DNA of 64,000 nt from Klebsormidium nitens (lineage: Eukaryota > Plantae > Klebsormidiophyceae). Location: positions 1 to 64,000 of the forward strand of contig DF237393.1 in the NCBI GenBank assembly GCA_000708835.1, given 5' to 3'. Made by a program: the position numbers and the translations under genes. Every line of letters begins with the position of its first letter. Within the stretch, counting starts at the first letter, position 1. Shown here piece by piece: positions 20,929 to 33,600 of the stretch. Under the pieces are notes generated by a model. It saw only the letters and a list, made by a program, of their open reading frames with translations. It made no database searches and was not told the origin of the DNA.

Positions 20929-23900
20929 ATGGCGTCCAGCTGCGGGCGCTCCGTGCCTCATCTGGCAGGCCTGCAAAGACTGACCGCAACCGCATGCAGC
21001 CTGCCTTCTAGACAGTTGAGTTGCAGCTATACTATGAAAATCCCATCGCAGCTTGCTCAGCTTGGCTCAGGGCAATGGAAAACCTGGAAACGCTTAACAG
21101 CAATCAGGCAAAGTGTGCGTGATTCGTGCTCTCTGATCTACTGCAAAGCCTTGACTGGCTCGCAGGGAAGCTTGGAACCCGAGACACTAGATGGTCTTCC
21201 GCTCATGGAGCCCTGCGAATTTGTGGAGTCAATTGACGGGTATCTAAACATGGAGGAGGCTCTGAAAAGCGGGAAAAAGCGGAGACTTAGTCCAGCAGAG
21301 CAGTGGGAAATCACTGAGTCCGAGGACGGCAAGGGAAGGACGTTGAGGATGAAGGAGGACTGGAGAGAGTACGTCACATTCAAAGATGTCCTGAAGCAGG
21401 TTCGGGAGGGTCGGACCTATCACGGGGAAACCCTTGAGTAACAAGCTGGGTTGGCTGTGCCACGTTGCAGAGGACTACGATTTTGTCAAGTTTTTGGACT
21501 ATGGCGCTGATGAGGTCGAAGCAAGCATGAGATGGGATTATGAGCAGTGCAATAACCTGTGCAAAGGGCTGGGGATAGACTTCCGCGAGGTGAAGGTGCA
21601 TCTAGGATGGGCAGCAGGATATGCCAAGGGGATTGGCAGGGGCGATTGTCTGTTTTGTTATGGGGCCGCAAATGAATTTGAGAGACACGACCTAGAGCAC
21701 GTTGTGCTGAGCATCAAACCCGAGGAGGAAGAGCCAAGTGGCCAGGCAAGCCTTCGATTGAACTCTCTTGTTCCGAGTTGAGCGCTGATGTATCTTAGTT
21801 TGTCACAAGACGCCGACAAATCCAGTGATTCAAAGCTGGCGGAAGCATGTCTGATTGACTCAAGTTCAAGTTTGAAAGCGAAAGACTGAAGTGGAAAGAA
21901 ACAATGCTCAGCCAGTACATAGTATGAATCAAGGTAGTGCTGAGAGCCTTTCCATTCCTTTCCGTAAAGCTACCTTACCTGCGTGAACAAGGGCATAAAT
22001 TTTATTCTTTGCAACGACAAATACAATTGGCTCTGTGTGGCTTATGTCAGCAAGTAGTACCGATTTTGAACAGCTCTTTATGCGTTGCTAAATCAAAGCA
22101 CTCCTTAGGCTCGCGCTTTTTCTTTCGTAGCAGGAGAGCAATGCAGATGTCCTGGAGGTTCCGCTACAGGACTTGAACGTCGACTTGCTTGAACAGTACT
22201 GCTCTCCAGCCCCCTACGGCGACCTTCTCAACGAGTCCACGCAAGTCGACCCCTCGGTGCGCCGGGCCTTGGAGGCCCGCTTCAAGCTGGAGAAGCCGGC
22301 CGACGTCATCAGGAGGGCACGCGACAAGTGGGACCTTCGCAACAGCAAGGTAAAATGCAACCAGCTCAAGTGATTCCGCCTAAAGGCACCGTCCTGTGCT
22401 CAAGCTTTTGGTTCGCAAAAAGTTCCTGCCGTCGTACTTCGCAAGTATGACTGACATCCTGGCTCCAAGGCAGGACGCTATGTCGTGGAAAGAAGTTCCA
22501 ATGGGGCCCCGTCGGTTTCTGATCCAGTTTAACCCGTTTCTGCTTTTGCCAGATCCTCTTCGAGTCGAAGGTGCGCGCTGCAGTGATAGAAAAGCTGTGC
22601 TTCAATCAAAGGGTTCACCTAGAGCCCTACAAGCTGAACATCTACGGTGAGACCTCCACCCGTCGCTCAAATTCGACCAATCAGGGCGTTGCATATGCAG
22701 ACGTACTGGAAACCGACTGACTTTGACGACGCGTCTTGTTTGAATGTGATTTCACATGATGCCATCCATTCTAAAACTTCCTAAAATCCTGGGGGTCATC
22801 TTGAAACCTTTCTGCAACTCGATCTACTTCCAGGTAGAACTCTGACATAAGTTGAAAGAGCTTTCAGAGGATAGGACTCCCGCGAAGACAGAAGTAAGAA
22901 CGGCAAGAACCGGTAACAATCTCAAGTCGTCTGCAACCAAGTACAACAGGTGTCAGGCAGGATCCAAGTCTGACGGACCTGAGGCACTGAACAACCAACC
23001 AAATCCTAAAAGATAAAATCCTGTATGCGAAAGCGATCCTTCTTGTACTGCTTGTTTCAGCGGCGCAAGAGACTTTCAGTGTCATTAACCCGCCCTACTC
23101 TCCAATCTGTTCATAATTATAGTCTAGCTACCTCCGCTTCCCTGTTCGAGCCCTTCGTAACCCCTGCAGAATCGACACTTCTTGATACTTGATCTTTCTC
23201 CAGGCCCCGGGGACTTCTTCCGGCCACACGTTGACACCCCGGTCGACCCGGAGCTTTTCATCGGCACGGCCGTTGTCTGCCTCCCTTCCGAATTCACCGG
23301 GGGAGAGCTGGTTGTGACGCACGGGAGCACCACCCAAACGTTCAATTTCGCAACTAGGTCTGGCGAAAAGAAACTCTTCCAGTTCGCTGCGTTCTTTGGC
23401 GACTGCCCGCACGAGATCAAGCCCGTGACCAGCGGTCGCCGCGTCACGCTGACGTACCACATCCTGCGCGTGCGCGAACCTGCACTAACTGATCAAAACT
23501 TCGACGAGACTGCGTATACGGTTAGTCATGTGCTTCCTTTCACACTTAATCTCAAAGATCATCTTCTGTGTATCCTGCCGGTCCCGCTTGGAAAGCGTGA
23601 AACAGCTCAGGAGGAAAGGACGTTGCAACGGCAAACGCTTGAAGTTTGGCACAGAGAGTCAGGACACTCTCCCTTCCCGCATACATTCTTGGCTCGTTCA
23701 AAGGAACGAAACGGTCCTCTTGAGCACTTGCACTTCATTGCTGCGCAGGACTACGCGTTTCCGCTGCAGTCGGACAACTCCCGCCAGGAGACTGTCCGTG
23801 ACCAGTTCAAGGCTGAGCTGCGGACCCTGTCGTCGCTTGGGCTGCCGTACGTGGGCTTTCTCCTCCAACATGAGTACACGCAAAGCGGTGCAGTCAAAGA

Positions 23901-25032
23901 GGTTTGTACAACCTGCCACGTGTCACTCTGATGGCCAAATGTTCCTTTCCGATATCCAAGTTTATCAATGGCCCATGCGCAATACACAAAGGCCCGCACA
24001 GAAGCATGGAGAAACAGGAGGAAAATGCTGAACCCTGCACCTCGACTTTGTGTCCTCATTCACTGTCAATAAAGTTTTACCGTGCAGCCTATGTTTTTGT
24101 GTTCACGCCCATTGTGAACTTTCCCGCTGACCTGATTTCTTCTGTATCCAAGGTCGAGGTTAAGGTCTTGCCAGTCCTGCTCATTACCTGCGCAGTAAGT
24201 GTGTTCTAAAAGCTTTGCCCTTGCCCTTGTCAATCAGGGCCTGAAAGGCAGCGACAGGATGTTTTACGAGCTTCTTACGAGGGAAGGCTGGCCTTGCCGC
24301 TTCGTTCCAATTCTTCTCGTGAGCAAATGGGACCGGGACTTCTTGGATCACGAGTGTGTTGTGGAAGTTCTCTCTTTCACAAACGAGGATTACAAGTTTC
24401 TGACAGTAAGCGAGCTTTTCTTACTCTTGCTTGTAGAATTTCTTCTCCTTCGTTGCCCGGGCTGACAGCGTCTGAGAGCAGCCACTTTTGCTTGCCAAAT
24501 ACCGTTGGATCTATGTGCAACGATCGGTCTTTCCGTGTAATATTGCCCGGCTCCAAGCACGCACTTTTCAGACACATACGTCAGCCGAGTAGGAGGACAT
24601 GTGACTTTTATACCCGTGAAACTTTCAAACAGCTTTTCAGTTACAACCGGAACTTCCTGTGAATGAGCTTTGACCGTGCAGGAGGAGAGAGACAACCAGC
24701 CAGCCCTTGGATACAAAGTCAAGATTCCGTTCATGTGGTACAACGAGGACAATTACGGGAGGCTCCTGCAGAACCTGGAGACTGGGGAACGATTCCTTGG
24801 GAACTCCTCTGTACCCGGGAAAGAGCTCAAAATCTACCTTCAAGCAGCGATGATTGTGGACTTACGACCGGTTAAAGCGGCCGGGGGGCCTGTCACTGTA
24901 GCGAACAAGGAAGATGAGGAGGAGGACGAAGGCATATGGTGGGAGTATTGGTCAGGGGACGATGACCCTCTCGAGGAGGAGAGCGACGAGCATTTCTTTA
25001 AAACCAGTGCGTGGCGCGAGTCGTTTAAGTAG
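20929..25032 (+). pseudogene. 2OG-Fe(II) dioxygenase family gene, tandem copy 2; +1 frameshift in exon 1 (pseudogene or homopolymer sequencing error)
   Basis: Exons 20929-21745 (GC donor), ~22131/22134-22349, 22553-22646, 23204-23520, 23749-23901, 24238-24405 and 24682-25032. HVD...DCPHEIKPVTSGRRVTLTY is intact. An extra G in GGGG at 21424-21427 gives ...HGETLE* where copy 3 reads ...GVPLRNKLGW; removing one G restores GKPLSNKLGW. Confidence 0.75.
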
Positions 25033-25957
25033 ACCAGCCGTAAAAAGAAAACTGATGGAAGTCACATGCAAGGAGGCAATCAAACGCAATTCTTGACTTG
25101 CCTTTAATGTTCGAGTTTGTGGCTTGCTGGTGATGACTCGTGTGAAACGAGTTCTCTGAAAGCGTACGAATCCTTTTTCAATGAAGAGAAAAGATGGATT
25201 GTAATGTCCACTGATATCTAAAGGCAAGTGAAGAGTAAGGGACAAATGTATAACCGCTTCCGACGGACCTGCTGCCGCCGCCGTAACGAAATGAACTAGG
25301 GCCGCGCTCCGCGACCGTGTCCGATTGCACCGGCCGGGGCGGTTGCGCCGCCTTTTACTCGGCGGGACGCGTGACCGTCAGCCGGGCGCGTACAGGAATA
25401 GTGCTTGCCGATTCAGTCAGTGCGTAGTAAGCCTTTTGACCTGAGTGGAAGCTTACCTATGCCAAAATTTTACGGCGGCGCTCGTGCACCGCGCGCGTGG
25501 CCATACCCTTAAAAGTACTGGTAAACCCATGACCTGTCTTCGACTGTCCACTGAGCTTATCACTATTCTTCCCTGGTTTGAAAGAAGCAGCTTATTCGGA
25601 TAAAATACTGTAAAATTTGGATAAAATACTGTAAACAGTGTATGTGTGTGGGAGTCAGCACTCCTCAGGAGCCAGAGTCCGAGCTGGCGCGGCTCGCCGC
25701 ACTACCGCGTCTCGCACCGGACCGGACGCTTTCGATCTGCAAATTGACACCGTCCGATGGGAGTCGGACGCCCAAACCCTCCACACGTACTGAGCCGGGT
25801 CCGACGAAAGCGCGCGTGCCTGGGACGGTGGCCGGTCGGACGAGCTCAAGCCCTGTAGCCTGCATTTCATTCCTGTAGTGGCGTCCATGTCCAGTGGCGT
25901 CCATGTCCAGTACGTGGCCTCTTCAAATCACATCTGACTTCTTTACTGCCTACCTTG

Positions 25958-28900
25958 ATGGCTCGGAGAACAGGTGGTTTGCGTTCAGGGCACTCCTTTG
26001 TACGGTGCGCTTGGTCTTGCTTGAAGCAGCGCACCCTTTGGGCCAGTCTCGCCGCAGCCCCGCTTGAAGCCCGGGGCTCTTGCACTTCAACGTCAGCTAG
26101 AGCATCAGGGGCAAGCACAGAAGCAGATAGTGTACAGCAAAAAGGTGGCCTGCCGGCGCATATGGAGCCCTGCACATACTTGAGCTCGGTTGATGAGTAT
26201 CTCAAGCTGGAGAAAGCTCTGAAAACCGGCAAGGAGAAAGAACCCGGTCCATCTCAGATGTGGGAGTGGAAAAGAACCGCGGAAGGAGTTGAAACCATGG
26301 TTATGAAACGAAAGTGGAAAACTTATCATACCATCAAAGACGTTTTGATGCAGGTTCGGGAGGGTCGAAACTTTGATGGAGTGCCCTTGAGGAACAAGCT
26401 AGGCTGGGTATGCTACGTGGCAGAGCAATATAAGTCTTATCATGATCTGGACTATGGGGTTTTTGAGGCTGAGGGAGACCTGATGTGGGATTACAAACAG
26501 TGTGACGAGATGTGCTCAGGACTGAAGCTAAACTTTAGCAAGGTGAAAGTGCATCTAGACTGGGCGGCAGGCTATGCAAAGGCGATTGACAAGGGCAAAA
26601 GCCGTTTCTGTTACGGAGGAGCGGACAATCTCCATCCCCACGACTTGAAGTTTGCCAGGTTGCATGTCATAGCTGAGGGAACCCCAAGCGACGGTCAGGT
26701 AGAACAACAGTCACAAGCGTTATATCTTGTAGACAATCTTGCAAGCTCCGTTGCAGGAGTAGTTTAGATCCATGATTGGACTCCTGCTTGTTTCATTCAA
26801 TCCGCTTTCGACGAGCAGAGCTGTCAGTCTTATGGAAAAGATTGCAAAGCCTTCCTTACATCTATTTTGAAATTTGCGGGACGAAATCAAGCCGAGTATG
26901 ATGAGGGTTGGTCGTCTTGCCTGCAGTTCCTGCAGCAACACGTTACCGAGATTTACACCGGCCCAACATCTGCTCTGCCACAGGCTTGCTCTTGAGTGAC
27001 TACTTGAGCTCACAACCGGCTTCTTTCTCAGGAAGCTTCAAAAGATGGTCTGGAAATGCCGTTTTCGGAGTTGGACGTCAACACGATGGAGCGCTGCTGT
27101 TCCCCGGCCCCGTATGGGAACCTCCTGAACGAGTCCACGCAAGTGAACCCTGCAGTACGCAAAGCTCTGGGCGCCCGCTTTGTGGTTGCGAAGGCTGACG
27201 TCACCAAGAGCAACGATGACGACTGGGACCCGAGACGTAGCCACGAGGTGAGGGGTGTTGTCATTATTCAGTAGTCCATTGGAAGCTATCCGACGCTATC
27301 TGCAGTGCAGTCTGGCTGATTTTGAAAAATCGAAAGAATCGTAGGACAGTAGTAGAGCAGTAGCAAGATTAATCATTGCCGGAGATGCTAGCTTTGTCAA
27401 GCATGCGGTAAAGTGGTGAAATTTGCTTATTTTTTTACACTGTGCATCACTTTGCCGTCAACGCAACTCAACTGTGCCTATTCAACCGCCCCAACACCTC
27501 TAATTCGGGGTCGTAAAATGTCCGAACGTTTCCCCTTTTGCACCTCCAGGATTGTACTCTGTCCACCGTTTCACAATGTTCGAATCTGCGAATCTGCAGG
27601 AAAGCAACTCTCGAAACCCAGTTGGTTCGCTCACAAGGGGAGATGACGGAATCTAGAATCCAGGAGGGAAGAGTCTGAGACGGCATGGTGCGTGCTGCTT
27701 GCAGATCTTTTTTGAGACGAGGATCCGCGCGGCGGTGATGGAAAGGCTGTGCTTCTATCAAAAGGTTTACCTGGAGCCCTACAAGCTCAACATCTACGGT
27801 GGGCTTTCAGAAAGTTTGCGATGCGAGTACTTTCCCGGAGTTTGCAGAGGCTTAGCAAACCTTCAATGATCAGAACTCACGAGTCATACCGACTGACTTA
27901 GCCTTGGCTAGGTCTCAAAGAGTGTTCTTGAATCTAATTTCGTTTCTAGTGCCTCTGATTTAAGAAAGAAAGATCAAGGCCAGAGTAAGTGACGGTGCGC
28001 GTCAGCTTCTTGCGTTCATCTGTGTCTACACGGTCTCAGTGCCAAGCAGAGCACAATCCGTCAGCCTTTCCGGTTGACAAGCCGCTCACGGAGGCAAGCT
28101 CGACGTCCGACTTCAAATTCTCAGCGCAAATATTTGTTGGGCAGACAAGCTTTCGCGCTACAGAGCGCAGGATTTTTCTCGTACTTCCTCTCTATCCACT
28201 ACCTCGCAAAAGGGGGTCGCCTCCCCTTCAACCTTCGTTCTTCGGGAGGCTTTTATTGTCCTTACCAAAGCGATTGGCTCACAGAGCCAGCGCCTGTCGT
28301 GGTGTGCAAAGCGGCGGCCAACGTTTTGATTCGCATTTTACATCACAGGCCCCGGGGACTTCTTCCGGCCGCACGTGGACACCCCAGTCGACCCGGAGCT
28401 CTTTGTGGGCACGGTTGTTGTTTGCCTCCCGGCGGAGTTCACCGGAGGAGAGCTAATCGTGACGCACGGAAGAATTACCCAGACGTTTGACTTCGCAACT
28501 AGGTCCGGCGAGAGAAACGTGTTCCAGTTTGCGGCGTTCTTCGGCGACTGCCCGCACGAGATCAGGCCAGTTACGAGCGGGCGCCGCGTCACGCTGACGT
28601 ATCACATCCTGCGCGAGCGGTGCCCGTATCCTGGAGAAAAGAACTTCGAAGAAAGTGCTTACACGGTCAGTCTGCTGACATTGATTTGTGCAAGGATGAA
28701 GCCTATCCTGCAGCATACTTATTGGATTTATAAGCCAATGCTTTCAAGGCGTTCAAGTTTGAACAAAACGACGAAAGTTGATCAGGTGCTTTATTTAATA
28801 GCCGCTGATCACTGTGGCTTTGGATAATTTTCGTTTACATCTTTATGTGAGCGAAACTTGTTGACCTACATCTTTCGCGGCCGCCGCGGTCATCGACTTT

Positions 28901-30314
28901 CAGACTCCTCTCCCTGCAGATTTGGAACGGTCAACTTTCCTTTGTTACCTTCACAACAAAAACCTCGTCGTCTCTGAGGTGCGAAGTTTCTTCTGTGCAG
29001 GATTTCAGATTCCCGGTGCAATCGGACGAGTCTCGCCAGGAGACGGTCCGTGAACAGTTCAAGGCTGAGCTGCGGACGCTGTCATCTCTCGGGCTGCCGT
29101 ACGTGGGCTTCCTCCTCCAGCACGAGTACACGCAGAGCGGGGCGGTCAAAGAGGTAAAAAGAACGCCACGTGGCAAAATGGGCATTTCCCACGATCTTTG
29201 AAACTGCGGGGAGCCTTCAGGGCTCGGCGTGCTGACAAGATTGTAGCAATGGTACATACATATAAACCAAAGTTTACGTCTGTCGGGAAAATGTTGGTTC
29301 TGCTGCGCCCAGAAACGAGTCTACTTGCGCGCGCATGCAGGGGTTGAAGGGCAGCGACAGGATGTTCCACGAGCTGCTGACGTCGGAGGGCTGGCCCTGC
29401 CGCTTCGTCCCGGTCCTCCTCGTCAGCAAACGGGACCGGGACTGGTGGGAGCGCCATTCGTCCGCCCACGAGTGTGAGGTTGAAGTCCTCTCGTTCAGGA
29501 ACCAGGACTACGAATTTCTAAGCGTGAGTGATATTGGGAATCATATTCGGGCGGACCGCAAAAGTTCCGTTCTGGCTGGGGGACAACTGACAACCGCTGC
29601 CAGCCGTCCAGATTATGACGTCAAAACATGAAGTATACAGCTTTTTCTCATCGCTTGAGTAGGTGCGGCTTTTCTGAACCTGGTAACGAAGTCTGTCACG
29701 CCAAGGTTTGCGACCTCCTGCCTACACCTTGCAGAATGGAGTCTCTATTTTCATATCGGACGCTAGCACTGCCACTGCGACCGTTGCACAATCGTGCACT
29801 TCGCCTGGACTGAATGCTTTTCATCTCGTATATCCTTGGTATTTAGGTTACCTGCAACTACTCTTAAGTACAGCATTTGACAAAATCTTGAAGGCACAGG
29901 AAAGCGCTTTCCCAACGAGATTGGCTTTCTTTAAAATTTGTGGCGGATTCGCAGGGCTACACGGACGAACAGCCGGCGCTCGATTACAAGTCGCCGATTC
30001 CGTTCACGTGGTACAACGAGAGGCATTCTGGGCGGCTGCTGCAAAATCTGGAGCGCGGGGAGAAGTTTCTGGGGAACTCAACGGTGCCCGGGAAGGAGCT
30101 CCGGATATACCTTCAGACAGTGATGATTGTGGACCTGCGACCGGAGGAGAATAATTGGATGGCTGCCAAAGCAACTGACCAGCCTAACCTTGATGACGCG
30201 GGGGAAGAAAGCGAGGAGGAAGAATGGTCGTACGAAGACATAGAAGAGGACGACAACCGTTACTTCGATAGCAGCGCATGGAGACGGGTTTTCAAAAAGC
30301 ACGATGATTGGTAA
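25958..30314 (+). CDS. 2OG-Fe(II) dioxygenase family protein, tandem copy 3 (intact)
   Basis: Exons 25958-26698, 27032-27247, 27705-27798, 28349-28665, 29001-29153, 29341-29523 and 29955-30314, with the same intron positions and phases as copies 1 and 2 (94-nt exon 3 and 153-nt exon 5 in all three). Motifs PYKLNIYGPGDFFRPHVDT and FFGDCPHEIRPVTSGRRVTLTY. Confidence 0.87.
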
Positions 30315-30685
30315 AAGAAGAGTGAGAGAACAAGATACGAGGATTCACTGGCTACAATCCATTTCTGTGCATCAAAGGTTGCATTCTATCCATCTAACGA
30401 GCCATTGTCGATCATCGGCATCAGTGCTTAATATTTCTCATGATGATGCGCACCACTGTAATAGTTAAAGAATAGTGTTGCCACATTTAAGCCTCATGCA
30501 CGAGCTGTAAATGCCCCGGCTTTGCTCGATTCTCCAATTATGCATAAAGAATAGGCATTCATCGCAACTAGAAATCCTCGGACGGTAGACTCATATCTCA
30601 ACTCCTCAATCATGTTTGATGATGCGCAATAAAGAGCGTCAGTGCAACTTGGGCCGGCAGCCACAATATGTCCATAGTTCAATGA

Positions 30686-33600
30686 CTAAAGCTGGCCCTT
30701 AGGCACTTTTCTACCCGTTGAGGGCCTTTGCGGCCGTTCGCTAAGAAGCACCGACTTTCCTTTTGGCATACTCTGCGTTCCCAGCTTTGCGTCGTACGCC
30801 GATTGTGGTCTACTTGAATTCAGATACTGCAAGGTAGCCCCTTTCGTCAAGGACGACGCTGCAAACGTCCACTGAAGAGCGTCCCCCGACGGCTTTCGGT
30901 TACCCGCCGGTGCCGTTCCGGCCCTCGTTTCCGGAACAACAGGTGACCGGAGCTCGAGTTCCGGCCTAGAAATGCTGACCGTCTGCCCGTAGCTTGTTGG
31001 GCTGGAGGTGTTTCCGTCGGTCTCATTTGTCTCGGGCACATAGCCGGTTGATGCCGATGCTCGTTGCCGCACCGGGCTTTCTGTGCTGGACTTCCGCCCT
31101 GCCCTGCCCGCTAAAAGGCGCTCGGAGGAGAGTGATTGGGCTTCGGTTGAATCATTCGCAGCCCCGGGGGTTCCGAGGCGGGACGAGCGCAGGGGAGAGG
31201 ATCCTGACGGACGGCGCGTGCCGTCTGATCCGAGTTTCGCGTGGCCGCTGCAGCAGGGATGGTTGATCAGGATGCGGTTCTGCTTTTGATAACGCCCGGA
31301 GAATTTACGTGAAGAGATGTTGCCATATCCCGACCCCTCTTAAGAATTCAGGGCAGAGTGTTGGAAGGACGGCCTTTGTCCAAAGACGGCACTTCTTGTC
31401 AGAAGGCATGTCTAATTGATCCTTGGTGCTCCTCAAAAACTCTACAAGCAGATGTTCCGCCTACAAATTAATTCTCTGCCAGCAAATGGAGTCTCTGCCG
31501 ACAGGAATGGCGGAAGAACTTCCAAATTCAGAAGCTCGGGTGGCGGGGTGCAAGCTAGAACAAAGCTGACGCGGATTGTTCCTATGCCCTCGCACAGGGC
31601 AAGCACCTTGGTTTCCCAGACGTTACAAGCATTTTCAAGAGACTTGAGAAGCAGTGCCGTTGCAAGCCACTGGACAAACCACAAGAACGGTGTTGTCCGA
31701 AGGAAAAACCCGGTCCACCAACAGAGCGCTCACTTTTCTGGAGGGGGCCGGCTGCCGTTCCGTTCCGCCTCCATTCCGCTCTCCTCTTCCTCCCGCGCCT
31801 GCAACCGCTCCTCCGCTCTGCGCCGCAGCGCCTTCTCCTTCGCGAGCTTCTGCTCCAGCCGCTCCACTTCCTGAATACACGAGGAGCCGCCACGTGTCAC
31901 CATGACGTCCATAGACTTCTCTTCAGTTGGACTCTTTCCGACTTAAACGAACAGTAACCTCGGCTTCTGATGGTACGAGTCTCTGAATTCAGAATCAAGG
32001 AACTTCTAAGTTGAAGACATTGTAACAAGCGAAAATGATCCAAGAGGCCCCGAGATGTTATATTGCAAGTAGATTATGCCCAAATTCTTGGTCCAAGCAG
32101 TGCATTAAAAATCGCTAGCGCAACTCTGCAACACCAAAGAAGGAACTTTGTCGGAACGTGTTTCTCACCGCCTCTAGTTCCTCCACCCCGGGCTGCTTCT
32201 CCCCAAAGGCGCTCGCCATGGTGTACAGCCGCTCCAGCTTGGCGGCCTGCTTGGCCTCCACGTGGCGCGCAATCCGCGTGTCGTGCTGTTCTAGAGTGTC
32301 CAGCGCGCGCGAGTTTTGAACCTTCCAGGAGAGCAGCTTGGACTTGGTGCGCTTCTGCAGGAGGCAATGGTTCTTTCTTAGGTACAGGTGCCGACTCCTT
32401 GGCATTACTACCGGTAGCCAAGTTGAGCATATTCCATAAGGACTACGTGTGAAGTAGGCAAACAAGATCCTCGCTCGCCTGCTCTACGTTGATGAAACCT
32501 GCATCGGATGCACGCGCCTCGCAAAGTAGCAACAGCATCCTTGAATCCCTTCTAGTCCGCGTGTCAGTCAAACAACCTACCACGTGCGCGAGCTCCTTGG
32601 TGCCCCGCCGCAGTTCCTCCTCGCTCTTGGCGAGCGCCGCGCGTGTGGCCGTGAGCTGCTCCTTGAGCGCGCGCCCGTCGCCCTGCGCGCGCTCGCGCGC
32701 CTCCCAGCCCTCCAGGTCGACCACGCTGCGCTCCTTGCGCACCGCGCGCAGGCTCGCGCGGAACTTGCTGGAGAGGGCCATCAGCCGCAGCTTGCTCAGG
32801 GCGCTGATCTTGGTCACCTGGTCACGCGAGGAAACGATGCTACTTATTCGCCCCTGCTATAACTCAAATCGGTTCTTGATTGTCGACATCCTTTATCTTT
32901 TGGCACACATTAAATTCAGGGCTGAATCCGTTTCTTCCTGATAAAGCCTTGTTTCTCATCGAAGTTGCCGCGTATCAGCTGACATGATCAGGTAGCAAAT
33001 TGGGTCTTCTCTTCAGAATTGATTTCTTGCATTGTGCAGGAGACAAACACGAGGGTTAGAGCTTGGGGGGCTGTTCTTTTTTATGCAACTAAGATCAAAA
33101 GGCCGCCTTCGGTCTTCGGAAAGGCTGTTGATGTCGGACGGCAAGAAGGGATGATAGCTGCTGCCAATATTGATCTTGATGCTTCAGCGAGGGTACTCCT
33201 TTAGAATAGAGGAATACGGACATGCCAACTCAATTCTCGCACCACAATCCCCTCTTTTCAGAAAGTATTGACATTGCTTCACTCAGATCTTTTGGCCCAG
33301 GACACGCCCGGCAAAGTCTTCCTACTTCCACTTCCTCTTCTTTAAGCTACACCTTACATCCTTCGGTCGTAAAGCATCTGTTAAATCGGGGGGTGCCACG
33401 TGGCGCTCACCGAGGCCCGCAGGTCCGCATTCTCCGCGCGCTGCTCCTGCAGTTGCGCCTCCAGCTGCAGCATCCGGATCTGGGGGCTCACGCCCGCGCT
33501 CGCGGCCGCGTGGCCGTCCTCGCGCTGGTAGCTCATGATCTTGAGCACCGTCTCGTTCTTGATGTCTGCGAAAGCTGCACGCAGAAAAGGTCGCAGCTTT

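Noticed and set aside
25598-25911. 17-nt direct repeat (25598, 25619) and 16-nt tandem repeat (25877-25908) upstream of copy 3, considered as CRISPR-like or operator repeats
   Set aside because: Each has only two units, with no regular unique spacers, in a eukaryotic context. They are best explained as slippage duplications.
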